Part shown: piece after piece, positions 28,343 to 37,637 of the stretch
Position numbering within the stretch: position 1 is the first letter of the stretch
Layout: each line of letters starts with the position of its first letter
NCBI GenBank assembly: GCA_963797725.1
Contig: CAWCQR010000009.1
Location: 206,769 to 270,768, forward strand
Length of the DNA stretch: 64,000 nucleotides
Direction: 5' to 3'
DNA from: Terriglobia bacterium
GTDB taxonomy: Bacteria > Acidobacteriota > Terriglobia > Terriglobales > Acidobacteriaceae
The notes under the pieces: model-generated
Seen by the model: the letters and a program-made list of their open reading frames with translations, nothing else
Told to the model about the DNA's origin: nothing
Database searches by the model: none
Translations under genes and position numbers: made by a program

Positions 28343-28756
28343 AGGACTCCTTTTTTCAGGTCACACTCTTTTAATCGATTGTTTTCGCTCTTGCATCAGC
28401 GATGGTGTTGAGTCCAAGTCCAGCAGATGATGCTCCAGAACGATGGATACTCATCGCGCCAAGCCTCTATGAATAAACGAGACTGTCTCAAGCCAACAAG
28501 CGAAATAGTACGAAACAGTTATTCGAACGGGATAGTTATTCGCGCCGAATGATCAGCGGCTCGTAGTTCAGGTTCGCACATTCTGCCAACCCACGGCATG
28601 GTGCGGTTCGCTTGAAAGAACCATGACAGTCATTAGAAAACACGCGAATTGATCGATCGCCGCTAAATGTGAAGCTTGCGCGATAGTTGTAAGGCGGTGT
28701 AGTCTCCCCGGAAGAGAGCAAGTACTCGCCGGCCAGTTGAGCTTCTGCCAACGACC

Positions 28757-30469
28757 ATGATCAAAAATTTTGTGTCCGCAACCGCGAACCCTCCCCAATC
28801 CCTAGCATTGGGAGCGGCCACGGACCGTTTGGATTCCTGGAAGGAAATTGCATGCTATCTGCGGCGAGAGGTTCGCACGGTCCAGCTTTGGGAGAAGAGG
28901 GAAGGGCTGCCGGTTCATCGTCATTTTCACAAAAGCCTGGGCAGCGTCTTTGCTCTGCGTTCCGAAATCGATCGGTGGAAGCGAAAGGTTTCACGGGAAA
29001 TTTCCGACCCTGACGCCGACTTAGCGGCGCTCGCCAGGTCCTCGAAGGGTGTGGGAGACCGTGTAACGATTTACGTGCTGCCATTGAAAAATGTAACTGT
29101 CAGCAGTGAGCGCCGGCATCTTTGCGACAGCATCGTTGCGAAGACGGTTGCTGCCCTGGAGGAGGTCAACCCCGGGAAACTTGGAATTGTGAGTCCGAAG
29201 TTTCCTGTACAGCCAGAATCTGGGGAAGTCCCTCCCGCGATTTCGAATGACGCCAAGGTTGATTACTTATTGCGATGGAGCATTCAGGATGATGGAGCCG
29301 GCCTGCGGGTGAATGTCGCGCTCTTGTTTGCCGGGACGGATGCGGTTGCCTGGTCTCACACATACAGTTGCCGCCCCAGCGATTTTGGCGATCTGCCCGG
29401 TTATATAGCTGACCAGATTGTTCAGTGCCTTTGGCTGAAAGTATTTTCGTCTTTGGCGTCCGCTCCCGGCGCGGCTTGCCGTGAAAAGCCCGGTTCGCGT
29501 GAGGCGTATTTAAAGGGCCGCTACTTCTGGAACCAGCGCAACGAGGGAGGGCTGCGGAAAGCCATTCATTGTTTCGAGTCAGCGATCCGCGAAGATCCAG
29601 AGTTCGCACTGCCTTATTCGGGTCTCGCAGATTCCCTGACGCTGCTCTCATTTTATGAGATCGTCTCGCCTTCAGAAGCGATGCCATCAGCGCGGCGCGC
29701 CGCGCTGAAAGCGATCGAACTGGATCCGAATCTGGCCGAAGCACACGCCTCCCTGGCGGATGTTCTTCTGCACTTCGATCGGGATTGGCCGGCAGCCGAT
29801 CATGAATACCGCCGCTCCATTCAATGCAATCCAGACTACGCGCTTGGCTACCACTGGTATGCGAACCTGCTTGCAGCAAGAGGACAGCATGAGGCTGCGC
29901 ACATCGCGATCATGCACGCTCTCGAGATCGATCCGGTTTCAATCATCACACTGGTCTGGGCCGGCGTGACATCTCACCTGGCACACCAGTTCGATGAAGC
30001 GATCAAGCACTATCAAAGTGCTCTGGAACTCGATCCTCAATTTATCTGGGCGCACATGTACATGGCCCAGGCACTTGAGCAGAAGGGCAACTTCAAAGAA
30101 GCGCTCAGAGAATTCGAAACGACGACCCGCCTGGCCGGCGGCAATAATTGCGTGAAGGCCATGACCGCTCACGCGCATGCGGTAGCGGGCGACAAATCTT
30201 GTGCGCGGGAAATTTTAGACGAACTGCAGGGAGTGCCTTCCCAGTGCATGCCGTCGTATGACATTGCTGCGACCTATGCCGCACTTGGCGATTCGAATCA
30301 AACTGTCGCGTGGCTTAACCGGGCTTGTGATGAGCGGAACATGAAATTGTTCACACTGACACAAGATCCGCGCTTTGATGCCCTCCGCCACCGTTCCGAG
30401 TTCAAGGAAGTTATCGAACAGATGGGACTCAAGCAATATAGCCCGTCGCGCGGACGCAGGCGCCAATAA
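28757..30469 (+). CDS. regulatory-type protein: N-terminal HTH-like segment, TolB-N-like domain and C-terminal TPR repeats
   Basis: 570 aa. SWKEIACYLRREVRTVQLWEKREGLPVHR. Several TPR units (AIELDPNLAEAHASLADVL, ALELDPQFIWAHMYMAQAL). Confidence 0.8.
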   Translation: MIKNFVSATANPPQSLALGAATDRLDSWKEIACYLRREVRTVQLWEKREGLPVHRHFHKSLGSVFALRSEIDRWKRKVSREISDPDADLAALARSSKGVGDRVTIYVLPLKNVTVSSERRHLCDSIVAKTVAALEEVNPGKLGIVSPKFPVQPESGEVPPAISNDAKVDYLLRWSIQDDGAGLRVNVALLFAGTDAVAWSHTYSCRPSDFGDLPGYIADQIVQCLWLKVFSSLASAPGAACREKPGSREAYLKGRYFWNQRNEGGLRKAIHCFESAIREDPEFALPYSGLADSLTLLSFYEIVSPSEAMPSARRAALKAIELDPNLAEAHASLADVLLHFDRDWPAADHEYRRSIQCNPDYALGYHWYANLLAARGQHEAAHIAIMHALEIDPVSIITLVWAGVTSHLAHQFDEAIKHYQSALELDPQFIWAHMYMAQALEQKGNFKEALREFETTTRLAGGNNCVKAMTAHAHAVAGDKSCAREILDELQGVPSQCMPSYDIAATYAALGDSNQTVAWLNRACDERNMKLFTLTQDPRFDALRHRSEFKEVIEQMGLKQYSPSRGRRRQ

Positions 30470-30645
30470 CCCCGCAGGGTGAGACTCGTGCGGAACAATT
30501 GCTTCACATTTTTCTGCCGCAATTAACTTCCCGCCACACCGCGCAACAACCACTCGAGTGATGAGCTGAAATTTGAATTCGCATAATCCCGGCAGAACTT
30601 TCATCAAGGTTGTGGTATCTCTTTAGCTCCAATGAGGGAAATATT

Positions 30646-32139
30646 GTGACGCAAACAGTGGATGCCTCTCCGGTTATTGTGCCGCACCGTGAGCTGAATC
30701 GCAGTCTTGGTCTATTCGACTCGACCATGATTGTCGCTGGATCGATGATCGGATCGGGAATATTCATCGTCGCCGGTGAAATGGCGCGCGAAGTTGGGAG
30801 TACTGGCTGGCTGTTGCTGGCTTGGGTTATCGCGGGTGTGCTGACATTGGCGGCTGCACTGTCTTATGGGGAGCTGGCGGCAATGATGCCGCGTGCCGGG
30901 GGGCAGTATGTTTACCTTCGCGAAGCGTACTCGCCGCTCTGGGGATTTTTATACGGCTGGACGTTGTTTCTTGTAATTCAAACCGGGACGATCGCTGCTT
31001 CGTCGGTTGGATTCTCCCGTTATCTCGGAGTGTTGTGGCCTCAGATCTCGGAGACAAACTACATCATTCGCCCCATTCTTATTTTGCCAACTTACGCGCT
31101 CTCGCTTTCCACCGCTCAACTGGTAGCGATCATGGTCATAAGTTTCCTTACCTGGGCCAACATGAAAGGCCTCAAGTATGGAAAGGGAGTTCAGAACATA
31201 TTCACAACGATGAAAATTGGCTCGTTGTTGGGAGTGATTGTGATCGGCGTATTCATCGGTTGGAGGGCGTCCGTAGTCAAGGCGAACTTCGCTCAGGCTT
31301 GGACGCCGCAAGGATTCACGCTCGCGGGTCATGGGCTCTCTCCAGCTACGTGGTTCGGAATGCTGGTCGCGCTTTGCACAGCGCAAATTGGAGCCCTCTA
31401 TGCCGCGGACGCCTGGAACAACATTACGTTCACCGCCGGCGAGGTAAGGAATCCGACTCGCAATGTTCCGCTCTCTCTGGCCTTCGGAACGATTATTGTG
31501 ATCGGCCTGTATTGTTTTGCGAATTTCGCGTACGTCGTTGTCCTGCCGTTTAGCGAAATCCAGCACGCACCCTCGGATCGGGTCGCGGCCACGATGTTAC
31601 AAGCGATCTTTCCCTCTATCGGTCCCACGCTGGTCGCGGTCGCAATCATGATTGCTGCATTCGGATGCATGAACGCGTTGATCTTGTCGGGGGCGCGCGC
31701 GTACTACGCGATGTCGCTGGATGGTCTTTTTTTCAAGCGTGCCTCGGTTCTGAACCGTGCGAACGTTCCCGGTGCGGCCTTGATCATGCAAGGACTGTGG
31801 TCGGTATTTCTGCTCATGATCCGGACCTACCAGCCTGCGACCGGAACCTACGGGAATCTTTACAGCAATCTGCTCGATTACATCATCTCTGCGGCACTGA
31901 TCTTTTACATCCTCACCATCGCAGGAGTTTTTCGGCTGCGAAAGCTCAGACCAGAAGCTGACCGCCCTTATCGTGCCTTCGGCTACCCTCTGATTCCCGC
32001 GCTCTATCTGGTTTGTGCGGGAATTATCCTGGCAGTCTTGTTCGTCTTTCGTACTGCCACGACGATCCCGGGAGTTGTGATCGTCCTGATCGGCGTGCCG
32101 GTGTACTTCCTTTTCAAGCGTCGGATGGTTCGGGAATAG
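30646..32139 (+). CDS. APC-superfamily amino acid permease
   Basis: MIVAGSMIGSGIFIV motif and 12 hydrophobic segments. GTG 30646 (GAGGGA upstream) is preferred over the track TTG 30610. The start is uncertain. Confidence 0.85.
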   Translation: MTQTVDASPVIVPHRELNRSLGLFDSTMIVAGSMIGSGIFIVAGEMAREVGSTGWLLLAWVIAGVLTLAAALSYGELAAMMPRAGGQYVYLREAYSPLWGFLYGWTLFLVIQTGTIAASSVGFSRYLGVLWPQISETNYIIRPILILPTYALSLSTAQLVAIMVISFLTWANMKGLKYGKGVQNIFTTMKIGSLLGVIVIGVFIGWRASVVKANFAQAWTPQGFTLAGHGLSPATWFGMLVALCTAQIGALYAADAWNNITFTAGEVRNPTRNVPLSLAFGTIIVIGLYCFANFAYVVVLPFSEIQHAPSDRVAATMLQAIFPSIGPTLVAVAIMIAAFGCMNALILSGARAYYAMSLDGLFFKRASVLNRANVPGAALIMQGLWSVFLLMIRTYQPATGTYGNLYSNLLDYIISAALIFYILTIAGVFRLRKLRPEADRPYRAFGYPLIPALYLVCAGIILAVLFVFRTATTIPGVVIVLIGVPVYFLFKRRMVRE

Positions 32140-32237
32140 AGAAGGCAGGAAGGGAAGTCGTCCCTCGCAGCTATTGATCACCATCGCCCTGCTCTGCGGC
32201 GACGCGGCGTTATCGATTAAGTCGAAGAATTCTTATC

Positions 32238-32271
32238 TTGACAACCAGCATAAGGTTCTATTATATGACAA
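32238..32271 (+). promoter_or_regulatory. candidate promoter/operator upstream of the TonB-dependent receptor (TTGACA plus an AT-rich box GGTTCTATTATATGACAA)
   Basis: TTGACA at 32238-32243. The AT-rich box at 32254-32271 contains TATTAT and TTATAT 15-17 nt downstream. About 225 nt upstream of the ATG. Confidence 0.3.
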
Positions 32272-32496
32272 ATGCTCGCGATCTCGCGCTGGGGGCGAAT
32301 AGCAAAATGAGCTCGCCGCTGCCTGAGTTTCAGATTCCCGGAATGGCCTTAAATCATGCAAACCGCCGAAATCCGACCGATTTCGGCACTATGCCTCACT
32401 TAGTGCACAAAGCTCGTTTCGCACTATTTCGCTTGTTGGCCAGATAAAAAATGATATTGTCGCACAAATCTCGCGGTTCTTTGGGGGGTAGTACAT

Positions 32497-35400
32497 ATGC
32501 AACATCGTGTCGGCCGTTGCCTTTGCTTGTGTTTGTTGGTTCTGCTAGGTAGCGCCCAACTCTGGGCCGATGTCACCGGGTCGATTCAGGGATATGTTCG
32601 CGACAGCTCGGGCGCTGTGATTTCCGGGGCCCACCTGGTGGTGACCCAAATTGCCACGAATGTCAGCCGCGAAACCAACACGGATTCTCAAGGTGCATAT
32701 ACATTCCTGGCGTTGCCTCCGGGCAGGTACAGAATTATTTGCACTATGACCGGATTCCAGCAGTCAACGGTCAACGACATCGACCTGAATGTGAATGACA
32801 AGCTGGCGTTTGATTTGACCCTGCCCGTGGGTAGTGTGCAGCAAAACGTTTCTGTCGAGGCGAACGCGCTGCAGGTGCAAACTTCGGTCACGTCGACGGG
32901 CACCACAATCGAATCTCCCCAGATTCTCGCCATGCCGCTCAACGGCCGGTCTTACATCGATCTCCTTACGCTTCAGGCTGGCGTTTCGCCTGTAAACTCG
33001 AACGGCAACTACAACGATCGTGGTCCCGCTTCAGGCCTATACAGTTCGTCAGGGAATGTGTCGACGGACGGCCAACCCGAGTATGCCAACGCTTTCCTGG
33101 TAAACGGTGCCGAGGTGAACGAGACCAGAAACATGGGCGCCGGTCTTATTCCCAATGCCGACTCTGTCGCCGAGTTTCGCCTGCTCACCAACAGTTTCAG
33201 CGCTGAATATGGGAAGTTTACCGGCTCAGTGATGAATACGGTTACGAAGTCCGGAACCAACCGCTTCCATGGAACTCTCTTCGAGTTCTACCGGAACCAG
33301 GGGCTGGACGCGACCAGCTATTTCGACAGTACCAAAGCTGAACTCAAGCAACATCAGTTTGGCGGCGTTTTTGGCGGTCCAATCGTGAAGGACAAACTAT
33401 TTTTCTTCACCGACATTCAACAAACCCGACGCGTTGCCGGAGTCAGCACCGGGGTTTTGGACGTTCTGAGCGCCGATGAGCGGAACGGTATTTTCCCGGA
33501 TAGCCTGCTCGCGAATGCCGTCCAGGGTGACGCATGGGCTTCCACCCTTTCAGCGCGCGGCGGCGTACCGGTTACGGCGGGGGTCACTACCTACAACCAA
33601 CTGGGCACCGCCGTGACGACTACCGATAGTACGGGCGCCAGCGTGCCAGGCCATGACCTCTCCGCTTTCATCGACCCTGTCGCGGCCAAGACGCTTTCGC
33701 AAATTCCAGCCGCGAATCTGGGCGTAAACCAATATTCCGACTCAAGCCACGGCGGATCCCTCATCGATACCAACATGGCCCAGCGCGTAGACTTCGTTAA
33801 TCACATGACGGGCGACTGGTCGTTTTACTATCACTACGACGATGCGACCGCGGTCCAACCTGTCTACCAGCAGGCCTACCAAGGCGTCACCAACGTTCCC
33901 GGCTATCCGGCGACCGTGCCGTCGCGCAATCAGCTGTTCACGATGAGCAATACAAAAACCTTCGGTTCCTCCGCGGTCAATGTGGTGCGTCTGCAATTTT
34001 TCCGCACCGCAGTGCGAACAGCCCAACCAGCAGCCAGTTCGACAATTTCAGGCTACGATACATACGGCTTCAATACGGATCCGACGACTGGTGGTCTAAT
34101 CAACACCGGAACGCCCGGATACGCATCTTCGCTGCCGATGTTGTTGTTCAACAGCTTTGCGGTCGGAAACAACTGGTTGAACCTCTACCAGCCCAACAGC
34201 ACCTACGGTATTGGCGACACGTTCAGCAAGATCATCGGCAGCCACTCGCTGAGCTTTGGCGCTGATTACCGTTACTACCAGTTGAATGCTCGAAACGAAT
34301 GCGGACCCAACGGATATTTCCAATTCACCGGGAATGAGACGGGTTCAGATGTCGCCGACTACTTTGTAGGCGCTCCAACGGCCTTCGTTCAATGCTCCGT
34401 CCAGTTGCTCGATAACCGCACCCGCTATGGCGCGCTGTTCGTTGCAGACACCTGGAAGGTCCGCCAAAACCTGACATTGAACCTCGGCCTACGCTGGGAT
34501 GTGGCCCGGCCATGGAGCGACAACTTCGGGCGGCTCACCACGCCGGTTCCGGGAGTGCAATCCACCAAATTCCCCGACTCTCCAATGGGTAACCTGGTTC
34601 CGGGCGATCCGGGAGTTCCCAGCACGATCTCTCCCACTCAGTACAACAATTTCGGACCGCGCATTGGTATCGCCTATGCGCCTTCCGGCGGAATTTGGGG
34701 TGAGAACAAGACCAGCATTCGCGCGGCGTACGGTGTCTATTACCTGGGAGCTGCGGACAGAGGGAACTTCGGAATTATCGGCGACGCTCCCTGGGGCTTG
34801 TATTGGGCATCGCCACAACCGACTGAGTTTGCCAGCCCCTACATCACTCGCGCCACCGGAGTGGCGCAGGGACAGCACTTCCCCTTCACCTTCCCCTCGG
34901 GGCCCGGACCGTTTCCAGACTTCAAGTTCGGGTCACTCATGCCTCTCTACGTGCCCGGTTACTACAACAAGAACAAGACGCAGATGGCCGAGCACTACAA
35001 CCTCTCGATCCAGCGGCAACTCGACAAGTCGACTGTACTGACTGTGTCGTACGTTGGAACGCAGGGCCACCACATTGAACGCGGCGTAGACATTCTCTAC
35101 GGCAACGCGGCTCTGTGCCAGTCGCTTGCCGGCTGCGGCCCAGGCGGCGAAGGCGGAGTCTATACGCAGGGTGGACAGAATTTCTACGGTACCTTTGCCG
35201 GTCTGATCAATAACCAGGCCATCAGCCAGGGCTACACCAACTCCGCGGGTGGTCCGGTTGTGGCCTTCGCTCAAGCGACGTGGCTGCAGAACTCAGGTAA
35301 CTCGAACTACAACTCGTTACAGGTTTCCGCGGAACGCCGCGCTCGCGACCTGACCTTCCTGGCCAGCTATACTTACTCCCATTCCCTTGACGATGTGTCC

Positions 35401-35994
35401 GCCAAGTTTGATCCACGTGATCCGAGGCGTGCCTACGGACCTTCAAGCTTCGATCTGCGGCATAACCTTGCATTGAGCTACAACTGGGATCTTCCGTTTG
35501 CGCACTACTTTGGTGCGCGCCGGATAACCACGGGATGGCACATCACCGGCATCAGTCGCTTCTACACCGGCCTACCGGTTAGCGTGAAGAGCAATGGCGA
35601 CTACGCCCTCACCAACATCGGCCTCGACTATCCCACTCAAATCGGTTCCATCCAGAAACTGGATCCACGCAATCCGGAACATACCTTCTTTAATGCGTCA
35701 GCCTTTGCCGGCGGCCTTAGCTGCGTCTACGAAGTCTGCGGCGTAACTGGCAGCGCCAAACAGTTTCTATTCGCTGGACCGGGATGGGTTAGCACGGATT
35801 TAGGCGTGGAAAAAGATACGAAAATCACGGAGAGCATGGCCTTGAATTTCCGCTTCGAGATGTTCAACATCTTCAATCACACCAACTTCCTGACGAGCGG
35901 TGTAATCGGCAATGCCAACAGCAGCCAATTCGGTCAGGCAACCACGGCTGCACCAGGCCGCATTGGCCAGGTAAGCGCCAAGTTCATCTTCTAA
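32497..35994 (+). CDS. TonB-dependent outer-membrane receptor with N-terminal carboxypeptidase-regulatory-like domain
   Basis: 1165 aa. Signal peptide. GSIQGYVRDSSGAVISGAHLVV...DSQGAYTFLALPPGRYRI (CarboxypepD_reg). Plug-like region. Long beta-barrel ending in a C-terminal Phe (SAKFIF). Confidence 0.9.
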   Translation: MQHRVGRCLCLCLLVLLGSAQLWADVTGSIQGYVRDSSGAVISGAHLVVTQIATNVSRETNTDSQGAYTFLALPPGRYRIICTMTGFQQSTVNDIDLNVNDKLAFDLTLPVGSVQQNVSVEANALQVQTSVTSTGTTIESPQILAMPLNGRSYIDLLTLQAGVSPVNSNGNYNDRGPASGLYSSSGNVSTDGQPEYANAFLVNGAEVNETRNMGAGLIPNADSVAEFRLLTNSFSAEYGKFTGSVMNTVTKSGTNRFHGTLFEFYRNQGLDATSYFDSTKAELKQHQFGGVFGGPIVKDKLFFFTDIQQTRRVAGVSTGVLDVLSADERNGIFPDSLLANAVQGDAWASTLSARGGVPVTAGVTTYNQLGTAVTTTDSTGASVPGHDLSAFIDPVAAKTLSQIPAANLGVNQYSDSSHGGSLIDTNMAQRVDFVNHMTGDWSFYYHYDDATAVQPVYQQAYQGVTNVPGYPATVPSRNQLFTMSNTKTFGSSAVNVVRLQFFRTAVRTAQPAASSTISGYDTYGFNTDPTTGGLINTGTPGYASSLPMLLFNSFAVGNNWLNLYQPNSTYGIGDTFSKIIGSHSLSFGADYRYYQLNARNECGPNGYFQFTGNETGSDVADYFVGAPTAFVQCSVQLLDNRTRYGALFVADTWKVRQNLTLNLGLRWDVARPWSDNFGRLTTPVPGVQSTKFPDSPMGNLVPGDPGVPSTISPTQYNNFGPRIGIAYAPSGGIWGENKTSIRAAYGVYYLGAADRGNFGIIGDAPWGLYWASPQPTEFASPYITRATGVAQGQHFPFTFPSGPGPFPDFKFGSLMPLYVPGYYNKNKTQMAEHYNLSIQRQLDKSTVLTVSYVGTQGHHIERGVDILYGNAALCQSLAGCGPGGEGGVYTQGGQNFYGTFAGLINNQAISQGYTNSAGGPVVAFAQATWLQNSGNSNYNSLQVSAERRARDLTFLASYTYSHSLDDVSAKFDPRDPRRAYGPSSFDLRHNLALSYNWDLPFAHYFGARRITTGWHITGISRFYTGLPVSVKSNGDYALTNIGLDYPTQIGSIQKLDPRNPEHTFFNASAFAGGLSCVYEVCGVTGSAKQFLFAGPGWVSTDLGVEKDTKITESMALNFRFEMFNIFNHTNFLTSGVIGNANSSQFGQATTAAPGRIGQVSAKFIF

Positions 35995-36035
35995 TTAACC
36001 CCGTGGTGCGTCATGCCATGGTTAACCTTTAAGGG

Positions 36036-36063
36036 GAGGGGATGCGAGTGATCGCATCCCCTC
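36036..36063 (+). terminator. strong hairpin (12-bp perfect stem, GTGA tetraloop) after the receptor gene; terminator or attenuator
   Basis: gaggggatgcga (36036-36047), gtga, tcgcatcccctc (36052-36063), then tctgctgtt (a weak U-tract). Confidence 0.65.
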
Positions 36064-36105
36064 TCTGCTGTTAAGCTCTCTGAGGAGTTGAAGTGAAACA
36101 ACGAC

Positions 36106-37611
36106 ATGGCCATTCTCGTAAGCCGCGGTGACGTGCGTTTCAACAACCTGAAGAGAGCCAGAAATGCCCGCTGGCCTGCAGACCCGGCGGATGGAATCAG
36201 CAGCGTTGCACTGTGTCAGACTTCTGAAGACGCGGCAGAGATACTGCAGCGCGTGGTCAGCGCGGGACAGCGGCCAACGATTCGTTCTGGCGGACATTGC
36301 TACGAAGATTTCTTCGCGAACAATCCCAATGGCACGCTGATCGATATGTCGATGATGAATCACGTAGGCACCGCGCTGCGCGATAACGCGAGTTATCGGG
36401 TGGGAGTCGGCGCGACGCTGGGTAAGGCGTATCAAGATCTCTACAAGCTTTACAACGTGACCCTGCCGGGTGGTACGTGCGATTCCGTTGGTGCGGGCGG
36501 GCACATCACGGGCGGCGGCTATGGTTTTCTTTCACGGCTGTACGGGACAACAGCCGATTGGGTGACTGGGATCGATATCCTCACGGTTGACTCGAAGGGG
36601 AAGGTTGATCTTCGTACCTGTAGAGAGAAGCAGGATGTCGATCTTCAGCGCGCCTGCCGAGGCGCCGGTGGAGGAAACTTCGGCGTTATCGTCGACTATG
36701 TTTTCGACAAGTTGCCACCGGCGCCGCAAGAGGTGATGGTGTCGACCCTGATCTTTCCCTGGGCTGAGATGACCGAGGACAGGTTTACGAAGATCCTCGA
36801 CACCTTCGGCAACTACTTCGCCGGGCGCGGGCAGGACCCTGAGACATGGGGCCTGTTTGCCATCATCGATGGAAGCCACCAGTCCAGCGGGTTTATGACA
36901 GTGTCGGTGCAGTTTTGCAATCCGGACGGCACCTGCAAGGACACGAAAGTGCTCGATGAGTTCCTCGCGCTGTTCGATGCCTATAAGCCTTCGGCGATAT
37001 TCCCGACGCCGCCGGTCAGCAACCGCCCGCCTGAAGGTTTCGGGCCGCATTCCATGACACGTGTCTTATGGGCCGATACCGAAGCCGCGGGAGGAGTGCG
37101 CCACGGTTTCTCGCGATCCAAGTACAAGTCCGCATACATGAAGAAAAATTTCACGGCGTATGAGGCCAAGATGTTTTACAAGCACCTGACGCGCATGATA
37201 CCGGGCGTCGACCTTTCGCGTTCGGTGGTGGAGATTGACTCCTACGGTGGCGCGATCAACCGCAAAGAGATGCTCAAGAAGACTGTGGCCTTCCAGCGCT
37301 CCAGCATCATCAAGCTGCAATTCATGAGCTTCTGGACGAATCCCGGGGAAGACGAAGGGCATAACACCTGGATACGCGACTTTTATAAAGATCTCTACTC
37401 CAGCCCTGAGGTCGATGCCGCACATCAGGGCACGCCTTTTCCAAACGAAAATTATGAGGGATGCTACATCAACTATCCCGACAAGGACATGCTCGACTAC
37501 GCGTACTGGCCCGAGCTCTACTACGGACCAAATTACGAATTCCTGCAACAGATAAAGAGGAAATACGACCCCAACAACGTCTTCCACCATGCGATGTCGA
37601 TTCGGGGTTAA
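36106..37611 (+). CDS. FAD-linked oxidase with BBE (berberine bridge enzyme-like) C-terminal domain
   Basis: 501 aa. IRSGGHCYEDF and GTCDSVGAGGHITGGGYGF (His and Cys positions used for bicovalent FAD attachment in BBE-like oxidases). C-terminal YDPNNVFHHAMSI. No signal peptide seen. Confidence 0.9.
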   Translation: MAILVSRGDVRFNNLKRARNARWPADPADGISSVALCQTSEDAAEILQRVVSAGQRPTIRSGGHCYEDFFANNPNGTLIDMSMMNHVGTALRDNASYRVGVGATLGKAYQDLYKLYNVTLPGGTCDSVGAGGHITGGGYGFLSRLYGTTADWVTGIDILTVDSKGKVDLRTCREKQDVDLQRACRGAGGGNFGVIVDYVFDKLPPAPQEVMVSTLIFPWAEMTEDRFTKILDTFGNYFAGRGQDPETWGLFAIIDGSHQSSGFMTVSVQFCNPDGTCKDTKVLDEFLALFDAYKPSAIFPTPPVSNRPPEGFGPHSMTRVLWADTEAAGGVRHGFSRSKYKSAYMKKNFTAYEAKMFYKHLTRMIPGVDLSRSVVEIDSYGGAINRKEMLKKTVAFQRSSIIKLQFMSFWTNPGEDEGHNTWIRDFYKDLYSSPEVDAAHQGTPFPNENYEGCYINYPDKDMLDYAYWPELYYGPNYEFLQQIKRKYDPNNVFHHAMSIRG

Positions 37612-37637
37612 TTTGTTTTAGTTAAAGAGAGACGCGG

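Noticed and set aside
27662-28411. 249-aa ORF on the plus strand
   Set aside because: Antisense to the BKACE gene, whose family motifs are clear. Composition is Arg/His/Phe-biased.
28536-28751. 71-aa ORF (TTG start) in the 414-nt divergent intergenic region
   Set aside because: No Shine-Dalgarno sequence. The start lies 6 nt from the divergent TPR gene start, leaving no promoter space. It cannot be excluded, but support is too weak.
29166-29879. 237-aa ORF on the minus strand
   Set aside because: Antisense to the TPR-repeat gene. Arg/Ser/Pro-rich.
30822-32184. ORFs 30822-31553 (+), 30949-31566 (-) and 31597-32184 (-)
   Set aside because: All lie inside or antisense to the amino-acid permease, whose 12-TM pattern is unambiguous. 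Their translations are Arg-rich and not membrane-like.
32254-32271. Assigning the AT-rich box specifically to the local FadR-type GntR regulator
   Set aside because: The box does not resemble the usual GT-Nx-AC palindromes of FadR-subfamily operators. The link is therefore left open, not claimed.
32272-32496. Cobalamin or other known riboswitch in the receptor leader
   Set aside because: I could not find conserved cores (for example a B12-box-like GCCACTG). It is kept only as an unclassified structured leader.
36022-36504. 160-aa ORF on the minus strand spanning the receptor/oxidase junction
   Set aside because: Antisense to the N-terminus of the BBE-type oxidase and runs through the terminator hairpin. 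No motifs.
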